Source: Planctomycetota bacterium (GTDB lineage: Bacteria > Planctomycetota > MHYJ01 > JACPRB01). From it: a stretch of 64,000 nt of DNA. Below the pieces are notes generated by a model. That model was not told the DNA's origin, made no database searches, and was given only the letters and a program-made list of their open reading frames with translations. Of the stretch, positions 8,901-17,982 are shown one piece after another; within the stretch, counting starts at the first letter, position 1, and each line of letters opens with the position of its first letter. Where the stretch lies: NCBI GenBank assembly GCA_035644495.1, contig DASQOM010000064.1, forward strand, positions 15,085-79,084, in the 5' to 3' direction. A program made the position numbers and the translations under genes.

Positions 8901-11900
8901 ATGAAGATCCTGGCGGCGATCGCAAAGGGAGGAACCACCCTTCTCCTCCTGCTCATCATCATCCTGCTCCTGATCTGGTTCGGGGGCGAGCAGTTCCATC
9001 TCGACAAGAAGATCCGCGTCATCGCGATCAGCGCGGTCCTGGCCATCGCGATCATCCTGGTCGTGATCCAGAAGTTGATGGCGGTCCGCAGCGCGCTGCT
9101 CATCGAGCAGAAGCTGAAGGCGCAGGCGCAGGAGCAGGTCGCCAGCGCCCGGCCCGACCAGCGCGCCGACGTCCAGGCCGTTCAGACCCAGCTCGACGAA
9201 GCCATCCAGGCCCTGAAGACGTCCCGCCTGGGCAAGGGCGCGCTCTACAAGCTGCCCTGGTACATGATCATCGGGCCGCCCGGCTCGGGCAAATCCACCG
9301 CGCTGCAGGAGTCCGGCCTGAACTTCCCCTATACCAGCCAGGGCAAGAAGGGGCTGCGCGGCGTCGGCGGCACCCGAAACTGCGACTGGTGGTTCACCGA
9401 CGAGGGCATCCTGCTCGACACCGCCGGCCGCTACACCACCGAGATCGACGACCGCGACGAATGGATCGGGTTCCTCAACCTGCTCAAGCAGGCGCGCAAG
9501 CACAAGCCGATCAACGGCGCCATGGTCGCTGTCAGCGTCTCCGACCTCCTCGGCTCGACCGAGGAGCAGCTCGAAGCGCACGCGAAGAACATCCGCGGCC
9601 GCGTCGACGAGCTGACGTCGACGCTCGAGATCGTGTTCCCGGTATACCTCCTGTTCACCAAGTGCGACCTGCTCCAGGGCTTCGTGGAGTTCTTCGAGGA
9701 CTTCTCGAAGAACGACCGCGCCCAGGTCTGGGGCTGCACCCTGCCCTACGCGCCTTCCGCCGGGAAGCCGTACCGGGAGATCTTCGAGGAGGAGACCGGA
9801 AAGCTGTTCAAGAACCTCTCGTCCCAGCGACTTTCGTCGCTGGCGACGGAGCGGCCGCCCCTGAAGAAGCAGAACATCTTCCTCTTTCCGCTGCAGTTCC
9901 AGGCGGGCATCAAGAAGATGGCGGACTTCGTCGAGGCTCTGTTCAAACCCAATCCCTTCCAGGAGACCTCGTACTTCCGCGGCTTCTATTTCACCAGCGG
10001 CACCCAGGAAGGGACGCCCATCGACCAGGTGATCAAGTCCATGAGCGCCGCCTTCGGCCTCAAAGAGGACGCCGCCCCCGCCCCGGCCGCGGTCGACAAG
10101 AAGAGCTACTTCATCAACCATCTGTTCACGAAGATCATCTTCCCGGACCAGACGCTGGCGCGGACGTCGGCGAAGGTGCTGAAGCGGCAGAAGATCGTGC
10201 ATTTCGGCACCCTCGCCCTTTCGGCGGTGGGGACGGTCCTGGTCACGATCATCCTGATCACCGCCTTCTTCGGGAACCGGAGCCTCATCAACTCCACCGA
10301 GGCGGCCGTGGCCAAGATGAAGGAAAGCGAGAAGCTGCCGCCCGCTGCAAGCCTGGAGGCGCTGGACGGCCTGCGCCACGAGATCGAGGCGCTGGACGAC
10401 TTCGACCGCAACGGCGCCCCGATCGCCCGGCGCTGGGGACTCTATCGCGGCAACGTCATCAATCCCCATGTCCGGAGCTATTACTTCGCCTCCCTCAAAC
10501 GGATCTTCCTCGTGCCCTGCGGGGACCGGATCCGGAAGGAGCTGGACGAGATCTTCCGGAAGGAGGCGCGGACGCCGGAGGACAACGAGCGGCTGGACGA
10601 CCTGCAGCGCGTCTACCAGATGCTCGCCGGAGAGCTGCCCGCCGAGAAGGAGCGCGATCTGCTCGAGAACATCCTGTCCAAGGAAGGCCGCTGGCTGAGC
10701 GGCGTGGGCGGCCAGCCGTCGCCGCTCGCGGACCGACAGCTCAAGCTCTTCCTCACCCAGCTCGACCGCAAGGACGAGTGGCGGATCCCCGTGGACAAGA
10801 TGATCATCAACCGGATCAACACCGAGCTGCGCCAGGGCCTCTGGGTGCTGCAGAGCTTCCGGGAGATCATCGACGCCGGCAAGAGCTCCTTCCCCAAGGT
10901 CACGGGCGAGCGCTTCGTCAGCGGCCGGGGCAAGGACCTGCTCAAGTTCAACTACTCGTTCCCCGGGCTCTTCACCCAGGAGGGCTGGAACGACTATATG
11001 AAGTCGGCCCTCAAATCCAAGGCGGAGTCCCTCGCGCGGCGCTACAAGGAGCTACAGATCGAAAAGGACCCCGTCAAGCTGGAAGCCGAGCTCCGCGAGC
11101 TCTACGTCCGGAAGTACGGGTCGGAGTGGGACGAGTTCCTGAAGGGGATCGAGGTGCTCCCCTTCCAGAACATGGAGGATTGCGACACCAAGACGAAGAC
11201 CCTGACGGACGACCAGTCCCCCTTCATCGCGCTGTTCAAGGGCGTCTGGGAGGCCCAGAACCTCCGGGTGTCCGACACGGACGTGCCCGTCATCGTCGAT
11301 CTGAAGCCGCTGACCGAGGCGCGGACGGCGTTGATCGACCTGCAGGTGCTCGTGGGCGACTTCATCGCGACGACGCAGCCGGGCAATCGCGTGGCCGGCT
11401 CGATGAAGGAGGGCAAGCTGCAGCCATTCCTGGACGGCTTCAAGAAGGCGAACCGGGGGCTGACGACGGCGGTGAACACCGCCCCGGCGCTCAACCGGCC
11501 CCGGATGCAGGAGATTCTGTACCAGGTCATCGACAAGACCCGGGCCTCCCTCGCTCTCGAGGCTCAGAAGGAGGCCGACGAGATGTGGGCGAACACCGTC
11601 GCGAAGCTCTATAAGGAATCCATCGTCGGCCGCTACCCCTTCGATGAGACCTCCGCGTCGGCGGTGTCGATCGCGGCGATCACGCTCCTTTTCAATCCGC
11701 AGACCGGCGTGTTCTGGAACAAAGTCAACGATCTGCGGATCCTCAACGGCCTCAACCTGGAGAGCAAGCCGCTGGTGGCCTTCTCCCGCGACTTCAATTC
11801 GTCGGTGAAGAAGGCGGAGTCCTTCCGCCAGGGCCTGTTCCGGAAAGACGGGGACCGCATCAACGTGCCGTTCAAGGTCACGCTCAAGCAGCGCGAAGGC

Positions 11901-12266
11901 GTCACCCACCTCAAGTTCACGGTCGGCAAGAAGGAGTTCAACCACAACGACCGGCCCGACAACCGCGGCGATCTGGTCTGGGAGGGCGAAGCGGGAGCCA
12001 GCCTGCAGATCCGGGTGGCCGGGGTGGACCGCTGGCACCCGAAGGAGTTCAAGGACGACTGGGGCCTGCTGCGCCTCATCGCGTCGGGGAGTCCCCAGCC
12101 GTCGGGCGACAAGAGCTTCGCCTGCTCGTGGGATTTCAAGATCACGCGGCTCGGGACGGATCAGGTCTTCGTCGGAGACGTGCTCCTCGAGGGCGACGAC
12201 CGCGTGAACCCGTTCCAGAAGGATTTCTTCTCAAAGTTCAGCGTCCCCGACAAGGTGGGTCCCTGA
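8901..12266 (+). CDS. tssM: T6SS membrane subunit TssM (IcmF family)
   Basis: 1121 aa. N-terminal TM helices and a Walker A motif (GPPGSGKST). IcmF-like length and context. Confidence 0.9.
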   Translation: MKILAAIAKGGTTLLLLLIIILLLIWFGGEQFHLDKKIRVIAISAVLAIAIILVVIQKLMAVRSALLIEQKLKAQAQEQVASARPDQRADVQAVQTQLDEAIQALKTSRLGKGALYKLPWYMIIGPPGSGKSTALQESGLNFPYTSQGKKGLRGVGGTRNCDWWFTDEGILLDTAGRYTTEIDDRDEWIGFLNLLKQARKHKPINGAMVAVSVSDLLGSTEEQLEAHAKNIRGRVDELTSTLEIVFPVYLLFTKCDLLQGFVEFFEDFSKNDRAQVWGCTLPYAPSAGKPYREIFEEETGKLFKNLSSQRLSSLATERPPLKKQNIFLFPLQFQAGIKKMADFVEALFKPNPFQETSYFRGFYFTSGTQEGTPIDQVIKSMSAAFGLKEDAAPAPAAVDKKSYFINHLFTKIIFPDQTLARTSAKVLKRQKIVHFGTLALSAVGTVLVTIILITAFFGNRSLINSTEAAVAKMKESEKLPPAASLEALDGLRHEIEALDDFDRNGAPIARRWGLYRGNVINPHVRSYYFASLKRIFLVPCGDRIRKELDEIFRKEARTPEDNERLDDLQRVYQMLAGELPAEKERDLLENILSKEGRWLSGVGGQPSPLADRQLKLFLTQLDRKDEWRIPVDKMIINRINTELRQGLWVLQSFREIIDAGKSSFPKVTGERFVSGRGKDLLKFNYSFPGLFTQEGWNDYMKSALKSKAESLARRYKELQIEKDPVKLEAELRELYVRKYGSEWDEFLKGIEVLPFQNMEDCDTKTKTLTDDQSPFIALFKGVWEAQNLRVSDTDVPVIVDLKPLTEARTALIDLQVLVGDFIATTQPGNRVAGSMKEGKLQPFLDGFKKANRGLTTAVNTAPALNRPRMQEILYQVIDKTRASLALEAQKEADEMWANTVAKLYKESIVGRYPFDETSASAVSIAAITLLFNPQTGVFWNKVNDLRILNGLNLESKPLVAFSRDFNSSVKKAESFRQGLFRKDGDRINVPFKVTLKQREGVTHLKFTVGKKEFNHNDRPDNRGDLVWEGEAGASLQIRVAGVDRWHPKEFKDDWGLLRLIASGSPQPSGDKSFACSWDFKITRLGTDQVFVGDVLLEGDDRVNPFQKDFFSKFSVPDKVGP

Positions 12267-13192
12267 TGCGACTCTCCGCCGGATGTTTCGGGAAGCTGCC
12301 GATCCACGGCGACTTCATCCGCCACAACGTCGGTCCCGAGGTGGACCGTCTGGACGAGTGGCTCCAGGCCGGGATCGTCTCCTCCCGCACGGCCATGGGG
12401 ACGGCCTGGGACGGGTCGTTCGACGCCACCCCGCCGCAGCGCTTCCTCTACCAGGTTGCCGGGGGGCGCGTGGTGGCGGGGGTGGTCGCAGCGTCGATCG
12501 ACAAGCCGGGCCGGCGCTACCCGTTCCTGATCTTCACGATCCTGGATCCGAAATCACTGGGGGGCGAGGTCACGTCGCTCCCCGCCCAGCTGAGCTCGTT
12601 CTTCCACCGGGCGGAGCAGGAGGCCCTGACGGGGTGGCAGGGGCAGGAGTTGAAGAGCTATCTCACGAGGATCGATGCGCTGGCCCTGCCGGCGGATTTC
12701 GAGGATGCGAAACAGTCGCTGATCAAATTCGTCGCGGGCCAGACCGTGCAGGCCTTCTGGAACACCCTGTTCGGTTCGGACCAGGATCCCCGCAAGTACA
12801 TGCTGATCCACAACCTCGTGGAGACTCTGAAGGGCGGGGCGGTGCCGAAATACGCGCTGCGCTTCCCGCAGGTCTCGGCCGACGCGGAGGTGGCGTTCTG
12901 GGAGGAGCTGTGCCGGAAGCTGGCCCGCCGGCCCGGGCTGCCCACGCTGTCGCTCTGGGGCAGCGGGAGGGAGGCCGGGCATCCGGGGCTGTCGATGGTC
13001 TTCGACGACCTGAAGGCGACCTACTTCTCGGCGCTGTGGTGGCCCGAAAAGAAGAACAACCTGATGTTCCCCCTGGCCGAGGAGACCGCCGGGACGGATA
13101 CGCGGCTGTCGGCGGCCAAGAGCAAGTATGCTGCATTGCTGGACGACGGGAACATGCGGCTGTCGAATTTGATGGTCCGGCTTGGATCCTGA
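12266..13192 (+). CDS. tagF: T6SS-associated protein TagF
   Basis: Start MRLSAGCFGKLPIHGDFIRHN matches the TagF (DUF2094) N-terminal motif. ATGA overlap with the tssM stop. Confidence 0.8.
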   Translation: MRLSAGCFGKLPIHGDFIRHNVGPEVDRLDEWLQAGIVSSRTAMGTAWDGSFDATPPQRFLYQVAGGRVVAGVVAASIDKPGRRYPFLIFTILDPKSLGGEVTSLPAQLSSFFHRAEQEALTGWQGQELKSYLTRIDALALPADFEDAKQSLIKFVAGQTVQAFWNTLFGSDQDPRKYMLIHNLVETLKGGAVPKYALRFPQVSADAEVAFWEELCRKLARRPGLPTLSLWGSGREAGHPGLSMVFDDLKATYFSALWWPEKKNNLMFPLAEETAGTDTRLSAAKSKYAALLDDGNMRLSNLMVRLGS

Positions 13193-13296
13193 GCGGGTGC
13201 GGGTAAAATCAGTTGCCTTGGAATAATGGCGGGATTATCTTCAGGGCTGCCTTGGTCCCGGTCCCGCCGCAGTGAACACTGAGGGAGGAGTCGACT

Positions 13297-14829
13297 TTGC
13301 CTGATGCCGCCACTCTCGCCGTTCTGGGGACAGCCCCGATTCCGGGGGCGATTCCCGCCGGCGCGTCGGCCCGTTATGAGCCGGAATTCGAGCGTCTCTC
13401 CGCCGAGATCGCCAAGCTGGAATCGCCCGAGGGCCGAAACTCCCTGAAGTGGAACGACGTCATCGATTTCTGCTCCACGATTCTGAAATCCAAGTCCAAG
13501 GATCTCCTGGTCGCCTCCTATCTGACCATGGGGCTCTACCAGAAGAACAGCTATAGCGGACTCGCCACGGGGCTCACCATTGTCCGGGACATCCAGAAGA
13601 CCTTCTGGGACGGACTGTTCCCGGAGGCCACCCGGCTGCGGGCCCGCGCGGCGGCCCTGCAGTGGATGTCCGAGCGCATCAGCCCGGTCATCGCGGAAAA
13701 GTCCTCGGCATCGAAGTCCAGCAAGGACGTCCTGACGTCCTGCGTGGCGCTGCTCGACGAACTGGGGCAGATCGCCGGCGAGAAATACGGAGAGACTCCC
13801 CCCGACTTCGGCGAGCTCGCGCGGGCCGTCCGCGGCAAACTCGATTCCATCCCCGAGGACAAGCCCGTCGAGGAGGGCAAGTCCGAATCCTCCTCCCCGA
13901 CTTCCTCCGGCGGCGGCGCCCCGGTTGCCGCCGACGTCAGCACGCCCGAGGCGGCTCGGGCGGCGATCCCGATGCTTGCGGAGCAGCGGGTAAAGGTGGC
14001 CCTCGTGCTCCGGGCGGCGACGCCGACGGACCCTCTCCCCTATCGCATGGTGAGGACGGCGCTCTGGGAGGACATCGTCGAGCTTCCGCCCGCGACGGAA
14101 GGGGTGATCCCGGTGCCGGGCGGGGATGCAACGTTCGCCACCCAGGCGGACGAACTGCTCAACAAGGGCGACTATCCGACGCTGCTGACCGAGGCCGAGT
14201 CGCGGATGGGAGCCAACCCCGTCTGGCTGGACCTCAACCTCTACGTCTTCCGGGCGATGGAAGGCCTGGGGCGCCCGTATCTGAATGCGCGCAAGGTGGT
14301 GGCCGATGAGACGGCGGCCTTCGCGCGCCGCCTTCCCGGGCTGCTCGAGGTGAAATTCCAGGGCAACATCCCGGTGGCGTCCGAAGCGACGCGAATGTGG
14401 CTGCTGCACGAGGTGTCGGCGGGGACGGGAGGCGGGTCCGGCGGGAAGACGTCGGCGCTGGATACGGCGCTGACGGAGGCGCGGAAGCTGATCGCGCGGA
14501 AGCAGTTCGCCGAGGCGACGGGGCTGGTGCTCAAGGAGCTGGACAAGTCGGCCCATCGACGCGACCGCTTCCTCTGCCGGCTGGGCCTCGCGAAGCTCTG
14601 CCTCGAGGGCGGCCGGATCGAGCTGGCCCTGCCGCAGCTGCTGGCCCTGGACGAGGAGGCCCGCAAGTTCGCGCTGGACGAGTGGGAGCCGATGCTCTCC
14701 GCGGACCTGGTGCGGGAGCTGTGGAAGTACTATAAGGGGTCGGCGACCCCGGAGAAGGGCGACGCGTTCTATTCGCGGCTGTGTCAGCTGGATCCCGGGA
14801 CGGCCTTGGCGGCCAACGGGCTCAAGTAA
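13297..14829 (+). CDS. tssA: T6SS protein TssA (ImpA N-terminal domain)
   Basis: ImpA_N-like N-terminus (ARYEPEFERLSAEIAKLESPEG...WNDVIDFCSTILKSKSKDLLVASYL). 510 aa. TTG start. Confidence 0.85.
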   Translation: MPDAATLAVLGTAPIPGAIPAGASARYEPEFERLSAEIAKLESPEGRNSLKWNDVIDFCSTILKSKSKDLLVASYLTMGLYQKNSYSGLATGLTIVRDIQKTFWDGLFPEATRLRARAAALQWMSERISPVIAEKSSASKSSKDVLTSCVALLDELGQIAGEKYGETPPDFGELARAVRGKLDSIPEDKPVEEGKSESSSPTSSGGGAPVAADVSTPEAARAAIPMLAEQRVKVALVLRAATPTDPLPYRMVRTALWEDIVELPPATEGVIPVPGGDATFATQADELLNKGDYPTLLTEAESRMGANPVWLDLNLYVFRAMEGLGRPYLNARKVVADETAAFARRLPGLLEVKFQGNIPVASEATRMWLLHEVSAGTGGGSGGKTSALDTALTEARKLIARKQFAEATGLVLKELDKSAHRRDRFLCRLGLAKLCLEGGRIELALPQLLALDEEARKFALDEWEPMLSADLVRELWKYYKGSATPEKGDAFYSRLCQLDPGTALAANGLK

Positions 14830-14870
14830 AATAGAGAGTCTGATTTTATTTCCCCGTCAGGAGGAAGGTC

Positions 14871-15374
14871 ATGGCGAAGGAAGGATCGGTAGCGCCCAGG
14901 GAACGGGTCAACATCGTGTACAAGCCCGCCACGGGTGACGCGAAGGAGGAGAAGGAACTGCCCCTGAAGTTCCTCGTGATGGGCGACTTCACGGGCCGTC
15001 CGGACGACCGGACGCTGGAAGACCGGAAGCCCGTCAACGTCGACAAGGACAACTTCAACGACGTCATGCGGGGCATGAACCTCAGCGCCACGTACTCGGT
15101 GGCTGACAAGCTTTCCGGCAAGGAGGGGTCGGAGATCCCGGTCAACCTCAAGTTCTCGACCCTGAAGGACATGGAGCCCGAGGCCGTCGCGCGCCAGGTG
15201 CCCGAACTCAACAAGCTGTTGGAGCTTCGCGAGGCGCTGACGGCGCTGAAGGGGCCCCTGGGCAACCTGCCGGAGTTCCGAAAGAAGATCCAGTCGCTGG
15301 TGTCCGATCCCGCCGCCAAGGAGAAGCTCCTGAAGGAGCTCGGCGGCGGCGCTGCGCCGGAAGAGAAGAAGTAG
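14871..15374 (+). CDS. tssB: T6SS sheath small subunit TssB (VipA)
   Basis: 167 aa. LKFLVMGDFTGRPDD...PVNVDKDNFNDVMRGM...VNLKFSTLKDMEPEAVARQVPEL. Confidence 0.9.
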   Translation: MAKEGSVAPRERVNIVYKPATGDAKEEKELPLKFLVMGDFTGRPDDRTLEDRKPVNVDKDNFNDVMRGMNLSATYSVADKLSGKEGSEIPVNLKFSTLKDMEPEAVARQVPELNKLLELREALTALKGPLGNLPEFRKKIQSLVSDPAAKEKLLKELGGGAAPEEKK

Positions 15375-15415
15375 GGTGATCGAGTACTTCCTGAAGACAT
15401 AAGGAGAACCATTCC

Positions 15416-16903
15416 ATGCCAGACGAGGCAGCCAAAAGCGCCGGACAACCCGCCGCGGCCGACGCCGCCGCGGGCTCCCTGCTCGACGAGATCATGGTCC
15501 AGACGAAACTCAAGCCCAACGACGAGGGCTATGAGGTCGCGAAAAAGGGCGTGCAGGCCTTCATTGCGCAGCTGCTGGCACCGGCCGGTGCCAACCAGAA
15601 GGCGGACAAGAAAGTCGTCGACAGCATGATTACGGAGATCGACGAAAAGCTTTCCCGCCAGCTCGACGAAGTGATGCATGCCGCGTCCTTCCAGAAGCTG
15701 GAGTCCGCGTGGCGCGGCCTGAAGCTGATGGTCGACCGGACGGATTTCCGCGAAAACTGCAAGGTCAACATCGTCAACGTGTCGAAGGAAGACCTGCTGA
15801 CCGATTTCGAGGATTCGCCCGAAATCGTGAAGTCGGGTCTTTACAAGACCGTGTACACGGGTGAATACGGCCAGTTCGGCGGCGAGCCCTACGGGGCGAT
15901 GATCGCCAACTACGAATTCGCTGCCGGCGCCCAGGACATCGCCCTGCTGGCGAAGGTCGCCAGCGTGGCCACCATGGCCCACTGCCCGTTCATCTCCTCG
16001 GCAGCCCCGAAGATGTTCGGCCTGGACAGCATCCAGAAGCTGCCGAACCTCAAGGACTTGAAGTCGGTCTTCGAGGGGCCGCAGTACGCAAAGTGGCAGT
16101 CCTTCCGGGAGTCGGAGGACGCCCGCAGCGTGGGTCTGACCGTGCCGCGCTTCCTGCTGCGGCTTCCCTACAGCTCGACCACGATCCCGGTCAAGGCCTT
16201 CAATTACGAGGAAGGTGTCCGGGGCAAGCACGACGCCTATCTGTGGGGCTCGAGCGCGTTCACTTTCGCCACGAAGATTGCCGACAGCTTCGCGAAATAC
16301 CGCCAGTGCGCGAATATCATCGGACCGACCTCCGGCGGCGCGGTGGAAGACCTGCCCCTGCACCAGTTCGAGTCGATGGGTGAGATCGAAACCAAGATTC
16401 CAACGGAAATCCTGATTTCGGAGCGCCGGGAGTACGAACTGTCCGAGGAAGGATTCATCGCCCTGTCGATGCGAAAGGGAAGCGACAACGCCGCGTTTTT
16501 CTCCGCGAATTCCTGCCAGAAGCCCAAGCGGTTCGGGAACACGAAGGAAGGCAAGGACGCGGAACTCAATTACCGGCTGGGCACCCAGCTTCCTTACCTC
16601 TTCATTGTCAACAGGTTGGCTCATTACATCAAAGTGCTTCAGCGCGAGCAGATCGGCTCCTGGAAGGAGAAGGGCGACCTTCACCGCGAGCTGAACGCCT
16701 GGATCAGCCAGTATGTGGTGAACATGGACAATCCTAGCCCCACCGTGCGCAGCCGCTGTCCCCTGAGGGCGGCGGAAATCATCGTGGAGGACGTCCCGGG
16801 CGAGGCGGGCTGGTACAAGGTGGATATGCGGGTTCGCCCCCACTTCAAGTATATGGGAGCATTTTTCACGCTCTCCCTGGTGGGCAAGCTGGACAAGAAG
16901 TAA
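15416..16903 (+). CDS. tssC: T6SS sheath large subunit TssC (VipB)
   Basis: 495 aa. FQKLESAWRGLKLMVDRTDF; GEYGQFGGEPYGAMIANYEF. Confidence 0.95.
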   Translation: MPDEAAKSAGQPAAADAAAGSLLDEIMVQTKLKPNDEGYEVAKKGVQAFIAQLLAPAGANQKADKKVVDSMITEIDEKLSRQLDEVMHAASFQKLESAWRGLKLMVDRTDFRENCKVNIVNVSKEDLLTDFEDSPEIVKSGLYKTVYTGEYGQFGGEPYGAMIANYEFAAGAQDIALLAKVASVATMAHCPFISSAAPKMFGLDSIQKLPNLKDLKSVFEGPQYAKWQSFRESEDARSVGLTVPRFLLRLPYSSTTIPVKAFNYEEGVRGKHDAYLWGSSAFTFATKIADSFAKYRQCANIIGPTSGGAVEDLPLHQFESMGEIETKIPTEILISERREYELSEEGFIALSMRKGSDNAAFFSANSCQKPKRFGNTKEGKDAELNYRLGTQLPYLFIVNRLAHYIKVLQREQIGSWKEKGDLHRELNAWISQYVVNMDNPSPTVRSRCPLRAAEIIVEDVPGEAGWYKVDMRVRPHFKYMGAFFTLSLVGKLDKK

Positions 16904-16999
16904 CGCCTTCTCCGAGTTGGTCGTCTAATCATAACTTTGGCACCCGGTCGCGGTGGCCGGGGGGATGGAAAAGTGAAACCTTAGTGGGAGCATACAGCT

Positions 17000-17494
17000 A
17001 TGCCTATGGGAGCGACGGGAGCCGGTTCGACCAAGCTGTTCATGAAGATCGCGGGCATCAAGGGCGAGTCGTCCTACACCAAGTGGAAGGACAAGGACTG
17101 CTCGGACATTGACAGTTTCACGATGTCGGCCGGCGCGACCTGGGACTTCACCTCCGGCAAGTCCACCTCAGGATCGGTCGGTTTCTCCGGCGTGACGGTG
17201 AGCCGTTCGCTGGTGGGAGCGTCCCCGGTCCTGTTCATCGGCACGCTCAAGGAGCAGAAGACCGCCAAGGTCGAGGTCTTCCTCGGCAATGAGACCGGCG
17301 GCGACCCCCTTCTCACGATCGAGCTCAGCGGCGAGGTCCGGCTGACGTCCGACGGGATCGCGGGTTCGACGGGCGGCGACGTGATGGAATCCATCACGTT
17401 CACGGCGCCCAAGGTTCTCGTGAAGCGCGGCGACATCTCGAGCGACATCAACTTCCAGGACATCGCCGGCAAGAACGACGACCTCTCCATGTAA
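17000..17494 (+). CDS. hcp: Hcp (TssD) tube protein
   Basis: 164 aa. KLFMKIAGIKGESSYTKWKDK... is the Hcp N-terminal motif. GGGAG RBS 9 nt upstream. Confidence 0.85.
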   Translation: MPMGATGAGSTKLFMKIAGIKGESSYTKWKDKDCSDIDSFTMSAGATWDFTSGKSTSGSVGFSGVTVSRSLVGASPVLFIGTLKEQKTAKVEVFLGNETGGDPLLTIELSGEVRLTSDGIAGSTGGDVMESITFTAPKVLVKRGDISSDINFQDIAGKNDDLSM

Positions 17495-17557
17495 TGATCG
17501 ATGCCGGTACCCCCGCCCCGGCGCGCGGTCCGGGGCGGGGGCCGGCTTCTCTTCGCA

Positions 17558-17971
17558 ATGGCACCGGAAAAAAGTCTCCTGGATCGACTGTCCAGCCCGA
17601 AGGGCGCCGTCCGCAGCGCGGTGGAGAATACCGCCGAGCTGCAGCGGTCGGTGCTGCTCAACCTGCAGCACCTCTTCAACACCCGGGTCGGACACGCCGG
17701 CGCCCAGATGGATCTGGGCGTGCCCTGTCCGAGCGACATCACCTCCGCATCGCCGAACGCCGTCGGCATCATGCTGCGCACCCTCCAGGACTGCATCCGG
17801 AAGTATGAGCCGCGCCTGAAGGACGTGGAGATCTCGCATGTCGTCGGCGACGACGACGTGCTGACCCTCCGGTTCCAGATCACGGCCCGGGTGGCAACGT
17901 CGAAAGACGGCGTGTCGATCAGCTTCGACACGGTCGTCGATCCTTCGGGCCATGTCCGACTTCATCGCTGA
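17558..17971 (+). CDS. tssE: T6SS baseplate subunit TssE (gp25-like)
   Basis: SLLDRLSS...SVLLNLQHLFNTRVGHAGAQMDLGVP. I chose the internal ATG at 17558 (137 aa); the ORF track start is 17501. Confidence 0.8.
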   Translation: MAPEKSLLDRLSSPKGAVRSAVENTAELQRSVLLNLQHLFNTRVGHAGAQMDLGVPCPSDITSASPNAVGIMLRTLQDCIRKYEPRLKDVEISHVVGDDDVLTLRFQITARVATSKDGVSISFDTVVDPSGHVRLHR

Positions 17972-17982
17972 GCGGGCTTCCC

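Noticed and set aside
8868-11614. Long ORFs 8868..10469(-) and 9389..11614(+) inside tssM
   Set aside because: Alternative frames of the TssM coding region with no motifs.
16945-16975. Sigma54-like TTGGCAC element upstream of hcp
   Set aside because: The GG-to-GC spacing is 9 rather than the required 10, and no bacterial enhancer-binding protein gene is in the window.
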